A stretch of DNA of 64,000 nt from Phoronis australis (taxonomy: Eukaryota; Animalia; Phoronida): positions 596,373 to 660,372 of the forward strand of contig NMRA01000061.1 in assembly GCA_002633005.1 (NCBI GenBank). The letters run 5' to 3'. The notes beneath the pieces are model-generated. The model worked only from the letters and a program-made list of their open reading frames with translations, had not been told where the DNA came from and ran no database searches. Below are positions 1 through 12,110 of this stretch, piece after piece (position 1 is the stretch's first letter; each line of letters opens with the position of its first letter). The translations under genes were made by a program, and so were the position numbers.

Positions 1-1515
1 TCCTGTAACAGTGTGACATAGATTTAATGAAATTAAAAAGTAGGTGAAGTCACTGCAGTAGGTCAATGAAAATGGCCATCTGGTCCCCAAAATGCACTGA
101 CTACGTGTACGTTAGGTCCACTCAGTACACCTGGCCCCAGAACTCCAAAAAGCCTGGGTCAGAAATTTTTGGGGATTTTTGGATCTCCAAACCAGAAGGC
201 CCAATGAAGGTTTTCAGAGGAATTCAGCAGCCTTCATATTCTTCCCACCACAAACAGCTGGGGATTTAGCGAATTGCCCTTGCACTATTCGGTCATTTAG
301 TAAACGGTGAATAAGCAGTCGTCACGTAGTAAACACCCTGAGTTACATTGCAGTAAACACTAGACAACGCAAATCCTACGTACAGTCACTATGCATTGAA
401 ATTTTTAGGCAAAATGTTGGTGTTCATATTGACCATACGCCGATCTGTGAGCCAGACGATTTTCACTCACTGAACAATAAGACATGAATCCGAACGTTTT
501 CCGTTAGAAATGCACATAACTGAAATCCTAGACAAAAGTAGATTAGGTCAGACTTGACCAAGCATAAAAACCAAATAAATCGATTACTTACTTCAGAAAT
601 GGGGCTCCTTTGAGCCAATCGAGGCGGCGATGTGCTTTCGAAATCAGCCATCACTGTTTTCATTTCATTGACCTATCACTTCTCTGAGGTCATCAGGCCA
701 TTCCCAAATGAGGCAACGCAATGCATTCTGGGACTGTAATGTCGGGCTTGAGGAGCACGAAGGTGTGTCTTTTTGGTCAACATTCAAATGTAAAGAAAAA
801 TACTCCAAACTCATCTAAAACTCAACATATTTACGAAACCTACAAAAAACTTCTACGCCACGACATACAGGTTTAAACAAGATGAGTAACGTTTACTTTC
901 TTATTGTATACTATTTTTCACGTTCCAAATCACTTTAATGTTGAGTTGTCTACATCAAAAGTTAGTTTTGTGACGGAAGGCAAATTTATAACCACTTTAA
1001 GCTTAAAAATGTTTGATAAGACAAGTGCTTGCAAAATTCATTTCAGGGTTTATGGCCTTTATCTTCAGTATTAATTGTTGCTACGATATGCACGAGTTGT
1101 ACAGCTAGGCCCGATCCATGAAGTCGTAAATTCTATCTTATCTAATACGATTTCAGGCTTAGCAGTATATAGAAAAGAAGTGTATCCTAAATAAGGAAGT
1201 CGTTACAGCATAGACGTGAAGTTGGCAATTTATTACTTTTCAACGCAAGAGTATCATTCAAATTCCGTCCGTTCAGTAAATTCCACCAGGATATGGAAAT
1301 CTAAATCTGCCACACATCGAAACCAATGTTTGAAGGTAGCCGACTTTTGTAAATGTGCAATAAAATAGTCTAATTATTCGAAAAGCGAACATACAGGGAA
1401 CCCACCACAGCATAAATGTAATGTTGGTAATTCATTAATTTTCAGCGCAAAAATATCAATCAATTTCAGTCCGTTCAGAAATTTCTAAGTCTGCCGCATG
1501 CCAAACTCAATTTCT

Positions 1516-4261
1516 GGGCAATTCCATTTGTGACGAACGTACAATCAGAGAACATTTTGATCAACTGTGAAAAAATGTTCATCCTAAGAAAATAATTAAT
1601 ACATCAATTGATATGTCTCATTGATAGCTTTCAAAGCGTGTATTAACTTTTCTGTTATCCTTTTATCTGACTGAGAAAATTGCCTTTACGCAGAGAATTT
1701 GAAATTTCGAAAAAAATTAATGCTAATTTTCTGTGAGTTGCCTTTGGTTACAATATTTTGTTTTATATGATGATTTAGTTCAATATTTGCAAAGTATAAA
1801 GCACTAATTTTTTTGATGATATCTTCTACGAAATTTTTGTCAGAGAGATTGATGCAAGTTGAGTGTGTGTGACGGATGTACATACGGGCGTACGGTCTGA
1901 ATTTCTGGTATAAAATTGTTTGTTGTGACAAAGATATCAATTCAGAATGATTCAAAGTTTTGCAGTGTTTAAGCTATATATTGGTTTTTTGCTACTGATT
2001 CGATGTTTTTAATCAAAATGCACCGAATGACCTTTTGCACGAAATCATCACTGGTAGGCCTATTAGTCTATATATGTATGCTGGGAATGTACTCCAGGAT
2101 TTTAACTTTTCAATACATTTGATTAAAGATATAAAACAACCCCGTAAAACCCTCACCTCCCTTTGACGATGGTAAGCAATGTAGATGGGAATGAGAGTGA
2201 TAATCATTTTGTATCTGACACGTGTTGGTTACCAAGAAAACTGTTTTTGTGCGTTAAGTAGAGTACTAATTTGAAAACAATAAGCAAATGTGACTGCTAA
2301 AATATAAAATGTGAAATGAAGTTTAAAACATCATCAATCATTGTAATAAAACTGCATTGTAATTAATTGTCTGTAATTATAACTTGCCCTAAGGTTTTAC
2401 AAACTTATTCTCTAGTCCATGTCATTGATGGTTCTGATGCATGCACATGTAAGTAGTAGAGGTAAAATGTTTTAAAAATGTTAGTAACAGGACTTCAGTA
2501 TCTTCTTATAACAAAGCGTGAAGCTTGGTTTAGTTGACAGTATCGAGTTATGACATTTATATTTTGATTCAAAAAACCGGTGCTGTCTTCCAGTGTAAGA
2601 TCAAGACATTTTAAATTCAATGCATTTTGGAATTATAATTTGGGAATTTGTAGATCTAACTTATGAGATGCTGGTCTCTATTTACTGGTTAGTATTAATA
2701 TTAGCTTTTCATCCAGCTCTTTAACTCATGCCTTCTTTTCAAATTTAAAGAGAGGCTTGAAATAATGTCACATCACAGTACGTGTAAGTACAATGATCCA
2801 CGGTGGCATTTTTCGAGATTCAGAGAATATTCCAGCAGATATTTAGATGACATTATGAACTATAACTTTTCTGCAATTACTTCTGAGATTGCAAAAGACC
2901 AATGCATCAAGTTTAAGTCTGTAGCAACTTTAATAACTTAAGGTTAAAACTGTCTTAGTAATATTTAATCGTTTCAAGATTCGCATATGTGAGATACATT
3001 TTATGTTTAGCAAAAAAAAACATTGCAGGTGGTCTGATGTCATTTGCGGTGCATCAGACGTGCGCAGGCCTCATGGTTGGGCCCATTGCACAAAACACCT
3101 GAGCAAAAGCACGAGAGCCCAATTATGGCTCCTCGTGAAGAAAGTTTTCAAGTCTGCTAGTCTCCTTTAGGAAAACGGACAGACGTTTCCAGTTGTTGCC
3201 ATGCACTATATGTTGTAGGCATGTAACAGTACCATCCAGTAGGTTGCTCCTTAGTCTATAAAAACTGGGCAAGACTCTACCAGGTGTTTAGGAGATTCTA
3301 CGTCAGTACCACACTCAGGACACACAGGGCTCCCCATATGCCCAGTAATATGTCTTTGTCGGGCTAGGTTGCGGTGGCCCGTCAAAATTTGAATGACGTG
3401 TCTTATACCCAATGTATCTAGACTCAGAAGGCTTTTTGAACCTTTTGGTTCGATCACGTTGGGAAAATTCTCCTTGGTCTCTCTGCAGGAGTTAAGTGAT
3501 GCCCACTGAGCTGCTGACTGGGTATGTACCCAGTTTTGTATACTCATCCTGCAACATCCGTAAGATACCGGGATAGCAGGTTCAGGCACAAAATGCAGAA
3601 TGTTTGCTCCTATCTTTGCGAGTCTGTCTGCATTCTCATTGCCATCAATTCCCACATGCAAGTTTAGGAAGTAAAATTAAGACCTAAGGTTATGTTTATT
3701 GGCTGAAAAATTGTAATTTCACGAGTGTGGCGGACGTACGTGACGGACGTACAAATTTGCTGTACGTTTGTCACGCAATTTCTGACTTAACAAATAATCC
3801 CTGGGATCTGAAATTTTGGTCAATAGTGTTGAGTAACAAGTTAGAAGAGAATCTGAAATTATTTTAATTTTGAATCAAAACTTTTAACGTAACAAAACTT
3901 TTTAGCACTTTTTGTGACGGACGTACGGCACCATGATATCCAGGAGTTGGTATTTGATGTGCCAAACTTGAAGTGTTATTTTTTATAAAGTTTGGGGTTC
4001 ATGTGATTGCACAAATTTGATAATATAGTGAAATACCCATAATTGGCTTTTTATGGCAATAACTAGCAACACACATGAAAATCGAGCTAATATTTTAGAG
4101 TCATGGGACCCCAAAAATGGGCCATTTGGGCAAAAGATTGAAAGTTATAGGACAGTAAAAAACACAGATCATCCAATTAGAGAGACAGGGCTTTCAGATG
4201 AGACCAGAATTGTCATAATTTTAATTTTTTGTCTTGAGGTGGACCTTTTCACGGAATTGCC
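1516..4261. mobile_element. Non-autonomous Sola2-like DNA transposon in intron 1 of the left Ly6 paralog
   Basis: Termini gggcaattcc (1516) and ggaattgcc (4253-4261) are inverted; TTCT lies on both sides (4-bp TSD); the motif gtgacggacgtac recurs internally; removing the element joins sequence collinear with 18600-18730. Confidence 0.6.
3024..3661 (-). pseudogene. 5'-truncated non-LTR retrotransposon (LOA/I group): RNase H C-terminus, zinc knuckle and 3' tail
   Basis: HVGIDGNENADRLAK (RNase H), LTGH and CPECGTDVESPKHLVESCP motifs; nested inside the Sola2-like element. Confidence 0.85.
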
Positions 4262-4350
4262 TTCTATATATTTTAAACGCGTTTTGTATAGACGCAACAA
4301 AATAAGCTAATTATTAAAAAAGCGACACTTCTCATCAAAACCCAACTTAC

Positions 4351-4393
4351 CAATGCAAGCCAAAACAATCAAACAAACAGCAAAAGTATTCAT
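4351..4393 (-). CDS. Signal-peptide exon 1 of a tandem Ly6/three-finger paralog (remaining exons not found in the window)
   Basis: ATG...MNTFAVCLIVLACI-G|gtaagt, 43 bp, phase 1; near-identical in length and sequence to exon 18734-18776; shared intron and upstream flanks. Confidence 0.75.
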
Positions 4394-5699
4394 GGTGTTT
4401 CTGTCGGTGTTTGCGTCCTCACCGTAAGAGTGTCCAGGCAAAAATAACGGACAACGCACGTTCCAGGGCTGTTTCGTTACAGTTGTGTCATGTGACAGTT
4501 GTTATTGACATACGGTGGTAAGGCAACGCCTAATCTTCAGGTGAGATTAGACGGGACAATTGCATCGTACCAATATATTTCACAAAAGTTTATTTTCCAT
4601 GGAGGATGGCAATAGCACTCGGGAAGAACAAAGTTGAAGGTGTTTGGTAAAAAATGCAATGTTCATGTGCATCCCGTGCATGCTAAGATTTTTTCAATGT
4701 GACAATTTGAGAAAATTTAGGTGTGTTAATTGACATAAAATTTATTTCTAATTCGATTAGGGATTATTCGAGCAAAATATAAGCAACTACTTATGCAGAC
4801 CGCTCGAGATCATTCGAAATTTTTTGAGACTTAATTCATTATAAGCCTTTCTAAAAAATTTCGCTTTATTTCAAAATCAATGAGGAATTAGAATGATTGC
4901 CCAGCCTCTGTCGGAAGATGGGAGAGGAAAACAGGCCCACTAGGCTGTTCATCCTAATAAAGTTCGACTCATCTAGCACGGAAGTGCAGCGCTCGATTTC
5001 TTTCTCGCATGCTAATAAAGCATTTTAATTTCAACCTCGAGTACACCGCATATTGTGCCAGTCTGTATTGACCAAGCTCGTGCATGGCATTTTACTCTGA
5101 TTTCTCACTCATATCTTAACCAAAATGTGTTTATTAGTCGATATATGGAAACAAGAATTATCCCATTTGCGTTGAATAAGTTGAGTGCAATACGGCCATG
5201 TGGTTATAAGGTCTTTGATTACACTACCGTGACTACTTTTAACAGTGCCCTCTTTAGCCCAGACATGGAAAGTGCAAAAGATAAGTCGGTGTGGACTCGA
5301 CGTCGCTGGCCTGCTCGATCACCAAACTTTCCCAAATAATTTAAAGTAGTAAAGTTACAACAGCATAAATAATAAAACTCAACATGCAATTAGATCACAA
5401 ACATAACATCTGATAAAAACCATTAATTATATAACACTCTTGTCTCAGTTTTATTTGCTAAAATAGCATATTGTCTGCAACCCAGGCGCCGGTTTCTCGG
5501 TAAGTATGTTAAATACACTTGTTATTTAGTTATTTTTCAAAAATGTTAAAAGTTCAATGCACAATTGCAGTTCTTTTAATCCCTTTTATCTCTTTTCAAG
5601 TAATAATACTTTACATTTAATATGCTTTTCTTTTACTAGAGGGATGTGATCCGCCACGTGAACAGTCCGGGTGAAGTAATAATCAGCTGAAAAAATAAA

Positions 5700-7212
5700 A
5701 GAAACTTAAGAATGCGAAGCGTATGGGAAAAATACAAATCTGTCTCGGTCGATACGCGGAATAAGGTCTCGTGGGATCTTATTTCATCCATTCGAGGTAC
5801 GTTTTGTGTATGTCTCCCAAATTCATCGAGAACCACAGCGTTGCTAGTGGAAGACGCGACATTCGGAAAATATTAGAAATGTTTTATCACAGAATCTATA
5901 CACTGGATTTATCGAAGCCACAGATTTTAGGATCATAACCTATTTATAGGTAACACCATTTTATCAAAAAATCCATGACAACATTAGGTGACTGGCCCTT
6001 GAACTTTCCTGAAGCTAACTTGAATGAGGCAAGTAATGTTACAGCTTGGGACGCTGAAGTTTACTGAGCTAAAAGTCCAAACTAATTTATGCATAAACAT
6101 ACCTAAGTACTTAAAGTAGTAAACGAGTTCGAATTTAGTACCGCCAAATTACCCTCATGTGAAGTTTTTTACCTTTCCTTCATTCCCTGAAATCATTTCC
6201 CTTGTCTTGAAATCAAATTAGGTGAAATTTCTCACAACTGATGCGAATATTTAGCAAGCGTTGACATCACTACAGTAAAGGAAACTGAATATTGGACAAC
6301 ACTGTCAATCTGTTGACGTCTAAACGAACTGTATGATTGACGCAGTGCGTCCGAATTAATGCTGAACGGTGCCCGGAATGATCATCATAACAGCGGTGGA
6401 TCCAACATCGTGTCCTGAGGGGTTTGATAGTGTAGTGACAATTGTGGAAATACCAATAATTTACAGTAGTCTGCAAACAGCTATATTACCAGCCATTTCA
6501 ATCAAAGCGCTATATGGTCAGACGTATGAAGCGCTACCTTTCTGCGCGTTAAAATGTTCCTACTGAACGCATACCGTTGCTTAACCAACGCGCTGGATTA
6601 GTTATTCAACGTGCTGAATTGATTCTTAAACGACCATCGTTCAGCTCTTATCCAACGCACTGAATTATATACCTATTGCCGCGCAAGTGGTTCGCTTATC
6701 AGTGCACGCGACTATGTTTCGCATCAGCCCAGGTAATATCCCATGTATAGGCCCATACATTCATTCGCATATGGGCGACTACCGCTGTGCCCTCTTTTTT
6801 TTTACGTTTGCCTCTATGTCTTTGGAGTTCCTTGGCGTAGTTTTAGGAAAGTTAGTAGTTAAAAATAGTTTTGTATTGCCGTTTAGCCACGCCATCAAGT
6901 TCATGGGCCTATATTCTAAATAATGTCTTTTTTCGCATATACCGGTAAACGTCCATGGGCCTAATGGCACGACAATACGCCATTCAACGCTTTCAACGCG
7001 TTATTAAACGCGCTGAATTTGTTCTTCAAACGATTATCCTTCTGCTCTTATTGAATGTGCACCGTTGCTTATTCAACACGCTGACATAGTTATTCGTTCT
7101 GTCCAATCAAAGACAAGTTTTCAGTAAATACGTACCGCCGCGAGGAGGCAGCACAGACGAAACATGGCCGCGGAAGAGCACGATCTTCGAAACTGGAGTA
7201 GAGTTCTGTAAC
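5700..7212 (+). repeat. Upstream block of the Ly6 duplication, copy 1 (collinear with 20690-22180); contains a caacgc-rich repeat element
   Basis: Continuous alignment by eye from ttaagaatgcgaag...tcgatac to cgaaactggagtagagttc, with scattered substitutions and indels. Confidence 0.9.
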
Positions 7213-7479
7213 CTTAAAAAAGAGTGCATCATGGGCGCACCCAGGGGGAGGGGGCTCGAACAAACCCTCCAGTTTGGCGAATTGGGCAAAACGGTACGCT
7301 TGAGTGAAACAAAAATTCCGAGTAAACTAGACAAAAGTCCACAGGAAGTCGGCACGGATGCACTGTTCGTAGGCCTGAGCCTAGTGGCCTCTTTGTTTTT
7401 TATTCCTCGTTGCTTTTTTTAGTAAAAGGTCCGCATAACAAAAAAATTCGAGCCCCCTATATTTTAGGCTGGGTGCGCG

Positions 7480-8736
7480 CATGCATCAGGCGTCTTTATG
7501 CCACAAGGCCTGGCTCATCACCTGATTATGACTCATGGGGACACGATATCATCGGATTCCTCATGCGTAAATTCCAATCTGCCTGTTTGCTTCAGAAAGA
7601 CAAAAAGACTATTAAACCTGTATGAACTAGCAATGTTAATCAGGCGGGTTATGTGTCCATCAAGTAGTACATTAATTACGGTGTCCATCGTAGGCAGGGC
7701 AAATCCGCTCCACCAGATGTCAGTGAAGAGTCTCGCCTCCAAGCCACAGTTGGTACACAATGAACATGTCATGCGGCCTGTGATGTTACAGTGCCGAGCT
7801 AGGTTATAGTGTCCAGTAATAACCTGTATCTGCTGCCTTATATCAAACCCATCTAAACATAACAGTTCCTTTGAACCTTTTGGTTCAATAGGACTAGCTT
7901 GGAAAAGTTGTTTGGTTTGTGTGCAGGCAGAGAGCTTTCTCCATGCAGCCACGGACAGTTTGCACACCTAGCGTCTTACCTTTGCTCTGCAGCACCTATT
8001 GGCAACTGGTATGCAAGGTTCTGGTACAAAACATGGTGCACTTGCTCCTTCTTTTGCAAGTTTGTCAGCAGCTTCTTTACCGTCAATGCCAAAATGGGCT
8101 TTAATCATGGGCGGCGCAGCACCGAAAAAAGTGGGTACTAAAGCCCCCCGTGGTGCACCGCCTATAGACCATGGGTGGCACAGCACTGAAAAAAGTGGAG
8201 TGCTATTGCCTCCCCCCAGCCCCCTATGGTGCGCCGCCCATGTTAACCCAGTTCATATGAACAGTTCTAGTGGCTGGTAGGTGGTTAAGCTCGTTAATAG
8301 CTGCATGGCTGTCTAAGAGTATGAAGAGTTCCTTGTTACCAAGGACCGTTTCATGCTCCCTTGCCAATTGGGCAGCCTGGTGAATGGCGATAATTTCAGT
8401 CTGGAAGACTCTAACGTTGTTACCCCGTGAGATCCAGCTTTCTTTGTCGTCACCTGCAAGGTCTGGAAAGTAGATTCTTGGTCCTGGTTGTCCGTTGTCA
8501 AGTTTAGAGCCGTCAGTGTAACAAACGGGCTGTGTGTCAATGCTTTCGTGACCATCTCCAAGTTCTGTATAGAAATTGTGTTTGGGATTTAGCGTCGTCA
8601 CTAAAACATCACAGTTTCTGACATTAACACGTTGGAAAATGCAGTGAATTCCTAAGTTAATCATGAAAGTCTTCTTACATGGGGCCAAGAGGGGCGTTGG
8701 ATAGCTACCCCATTCACCTGATCGAAAACTTACCAT
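7480..8736 (-). pseudogene. Decayed LOA/I-group non-LTR retrotransposon RNase H region
   Basis: CYTDGSK, VFQTEIIAI, LDSHAAI, WV-[insert]-KAHFGIDGKEAADKLAK, IEPKGSK, ITGH motifs, with stops and frameshifts; related to the 3024-3661 fragment. Confidence 0.85.
8106..8242. mobile_element. 137-bp MITE inserted in the RNase H WVKAH motif
   Basis: Perfect 13-bp TIR catgggcggcgca/tgcgccgcccatg; flanks ttaat/ttaac; internal repeat of its own left end at ~8170. Confidence 0.8.
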
Positions 8737-9754
8737 CGGGATGTGAAATAGTTCTATTTACCGCTATGTTAATATCTAATTGTGGTCTACAAAGTTTCCT
8801 TTACATCTGTTGAAAATAGTAAAACTCTCCTTAACAATTGATTACATGATTACTTTTGACACGTACTTGTCAGTTATGTGTGAAAGGCCAACGAGTTATT
8901 GAAGAGTGTCTTTCTGCGCGTAGAAATGTGCTGACTAATCCATGCGTACTTATGCTTGGTCTACGCATAGTTTTACTTAATCCAAGCGTACTATTAATCA
9001 GTTCATATAGTCCAATCACGCCAGTGCTCTCAAATATCAAAATGGCGAAAGACTTTCTATATGGGTGCAAGGCAACTTTTGAAGAATATTGCAGATTCTT
9101 ATCAAGTGACAACGTAAATGATGGCGCTGATAACTTTAAGAGTAGAACGATGATCGTTTAAGACATAATGGTACGTGTAGATTAAATAAAAGTATGTGTA
9201 GATTAAGCACGTGTAGAAATTTACTCGTTTACGAACCCTTTGGCGCTTCATAATTATGTTCATAAACATTCCAGTCGATGAAACAACCTTTTCTAACAAT
9301 GCAGACGAGGTTCTGATACTTGTGAATGAAAAGTTCCAACCAAGAAATCAATTCCATTCAATCAAATGGCGGAAACGTGAAAACTCATCGATAGTGCTCC
9401 ATTTTTGTTCCACGAGCATTTGTTTTGAACACACCGTGACAAGTAAACATGAAGAGCCTCACATCTATTTTGACCGAGGAATTTTAGACTAATTTTAAAA
9501 GATAAGTAGCCGAAATCAAAAGTTTGTTTTTTAGGGGAGACTAGTTCACGTCCTTAAATCGTTTTCCCTGGTAAATGCGAAAGGACCCTACACGCTGTTG
9601 CCCGGGAAAGTTCACTATGAAGTCAAGTGACGTAATTGCAAGTATGGACGTCACGACGGTCGGTTTTTGTTGTCCCCTGAGCCACAGAAATCGAATTCAG
9701 GATTATACTCTCGGATTTGTGAGACAGATGTTGAGGCGGCTATATACCAGCTTT

Positions 9755-10460
9755 AGGCCCAGTCATACAGCCGATTACGCATGAATCACTCGTGGATCAC
9801 GCACAGATTTTCGCTTATGCGTGAAGCTTGCCTCGTATGCGTAATTGGTCGGTGGAACCAACGTGAAGCGTCAGTGAATGTAAGTGGATGTGCGTCGAGG
9901 GGGGTTTGTGCGCGATTTTGAGTTTTGAACGGTTCAAAAATTTTCCAACGCACAACTCTGCGTCGGTGTGCGTAATTCGTGAGTTGACGTGCGTAGTTTA
10001 TGCGTCGAGTATGCGCTGGACACGCGCTTGCCATCAGTGCTTATGCGTCAGAACTGGTTCGAAATCACGCACGTCCACGTCCGTCCACTGACGCCCCACC
10101 TTCATATCACGCATGAAATACGCATATATGACGTTCATTCCACTGACATCCACTGACAATCACAAAAGTGTTTGAGCGTGATCCGTCAGTGATTCATGCG
10201 TGAGGCATGCGTCGAAGGTTCGTGGAATACCATATCATTTTGGCTTGTATGCGTCGATATGCGCGATATGTCGGTGATTCATCAGTGATTGTAAGTGATA
10301 TGTGCGTGGGCCATAGGTGATTCGTCAGTTATTTGTCAGTGATTTCTAACCTCTACACCCGGAAAATTTGGTCAATTTCTCGACGATCAAAACACGCACA
10401 AATTAAATTTGTGCGTGTTGTATGAGTGATTCATGCGTGATCGGCTGTATGACTGGGCCT
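9755..10460. mobile_element. ~700-bp MITE, PIF/Harbinger-like
   Basis: 37-bp TIR aggcccagtcatacagccgattacgcatgaatcactc with 1 mismatch; 3-bp T-rich flanks; many internal atgcgt/cagtga subrepeats. Confidence 0.8.
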
Positions 10461-10861
10461 TTTCCGAACGCATCAACTCAGCTCTGTCGGACTGTGGTTA
10501 TCCTAAATGGGCTTTTGACAAGGTCTCTAAAAGTGGCGGGATTACCGAGAGCTACTTCTGAGGAGGAAAGTCGTGATCGTGGGAATAAAATCATGGTTGT
10601 GATCCCTTAGGTGAAAGACTTTTCGGAATCTCTACGACGTACATTCAGTAAATTTGATATCACTTCAGCGTTCTCCACGTAACTTATTGATACATCCAAA
10701 ATATTCGCGTGCCATGGAGGTTTGTACTGGTGTTGTTTATAACATTCCTTGTGCTTTGAGCAAGGGTGTTTATATTGGTGAAAGTGGTAAAAATTTTGAT
10801 TATAGAGGCTGAAAATGATATGAGGACGTTGAAGACATGACCAGCGATAGAGCTTTCACCA

Positions 10862-11013
10862 GGCGTGCGTTCAGTAGACGCTAGGACCTTCGCTAGGACC
10901 TAGCTAAAACCTAGTCACAGTCACGTGTTCTCATTTAAAATGCACGGCAATATCTCATGTACTCTCGCGAAGTCTTGCTTTTTAGCGAGGTTCTAGCGTT
11001 ACTGAACGGGAGG
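10862..11013. mobile_element. 152-bp MITE copy A
   Basis: Has its own imperfect TIRs (gttcagtagacgctag / ctagcgttactgaac); CA dinucleotide on both sides; relatives at ~22170-22283, ~40846-40978 and ~55260-55390. Confidence 0.75.
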
Positions 11014-11057
11014 CAAGTCAGACAGGAAATCCTCTCTCAGTGAATTTAACAAACCAG

Positions 11058-11209
11058 CCTCCCGTTCAGTAACGCTAGGACCTGGCTAAAAAGCAAGATT
11101 TCGCGAGATTACGTGAGATATTGCCTTGCATTTTAAATGAGAGTACGTGACCTTGACTAGGTTTTAGCTAGGTTCTAGCGTAGGTCCTAGCGTCTACTGA
11201 ACGCACGCC
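11058..11209. mobile_element. 152-bp MITE copy B (opposite orientation to copy A)
   Basis: Reverse complement of 10862-11013; AG dinucleotide on both sides. Confidence 0.75.
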
Positions 11210-11903
11210 AGCTATCACTGATCACAAAAACAATCATGAGATTAACTGGGGAATTGCAAAAATAATTAAAGGTGAAAGTGACATTAAAAAAGAAGAATAA
11301 GGGAATCCATCTGCATTAGAAAAGAATCCAGTGTAATGAACAGAGACGATGGCGCAATAAAACTTTGTTTCCTGCGTTTATGACGTCATCTTGACCCCAC
11401 TACGTCCCAGGGTCACACTGAGTAAGGAAGTAGTCAACATCGACTTTGGAAAACTTCTGCCGTTTTATGCTTAACTTTCAGGATTTTTAGAGGAAATTTA
11501 TGCAATATCTCGTCATGTAATCCTGATGAAATTGTTTAGTGACATGGTTTTGTTTGATGACATGCGCAGCACAAACCGTGCCAGCAACAGACTAAAAATT
11601 TGTCTTAACTTTTATATCTTTTAAGAAATTTCGCAACATTAAAGTACCTCATATGTCAATTATCGATACGTCCACCAACAGTGGCCAGAACCAACTGACA
11701 GTCGTTATTTTGGCCTCACTCCCAATTAAACTCACACATGATTGGCCAGAGCTGCGCTTTTCAGGATTCAAAACGAGACAATGTTACCTTAAAACCCTTT
11801 GTACTAGATCACAATAAAATAAAAGAACGTCAAACACAGTGTTCTAAAAGCAATAACATTTGTCGAAGTAGGCATATTTTTGTACAACAGGGTGTCGGCC
11901 GAG

Positions 11904-12110
11904 TTAATGCAAAAGGAAGGCGCAGATGATGACCGTAGCTGCCGCCATTACGACTTTGGAAACAGACACGTGACCGGCTCCATTGCATTTGTCACCCTGG
12001 CAACACTTCACTTCCGTCTTTACGCCCGCTATTTCTCCGCTGGTTTCCGTGCAGATGGGACCGCATGAGCGGGTGACTAGAGAGTTTCCACCGGTGGTCA
12101 CCTTTGATTT
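11904..12110 (-). CDS. Ly6/uPAR three-finger (quiver/sleepless-like) GPI-anchored protein, exon 3
   Basis: tttttcag acceptor; KSKVTT...RSC...C...CCQGDKCN followed by a small-residue omega region and a hydrophobic tail, then TAA. Confidence 0.9.
   Translation of the reverse strand, partial: KSKVTTGGNSLVTRSCGPICTETSGEIAGVKTEVKCCQGDKCNGAGHVSVSKVVMAAATVIICAFLLH

Larger units (their letters stand above)
10465..11400 (+). pseudogene. Penelope-like retroelement 3' part (GIY-YIG endonuclease)
   Basis: CGYPKWAF, VVIP*VKDFSESLRRTF, GVVYNIPC...YIGESG, AITDH...INW, RESICIR...MNRDDG motifs, with frameshifts. Confidence 0.85.

Noticed and set aside
10862-11209. Single MITE with 150-bp TIRs or a pre-miRNA
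   Set aside because: The spacer is in-frame Penelope sequence and each arm has its own TIRs and flanking duplication
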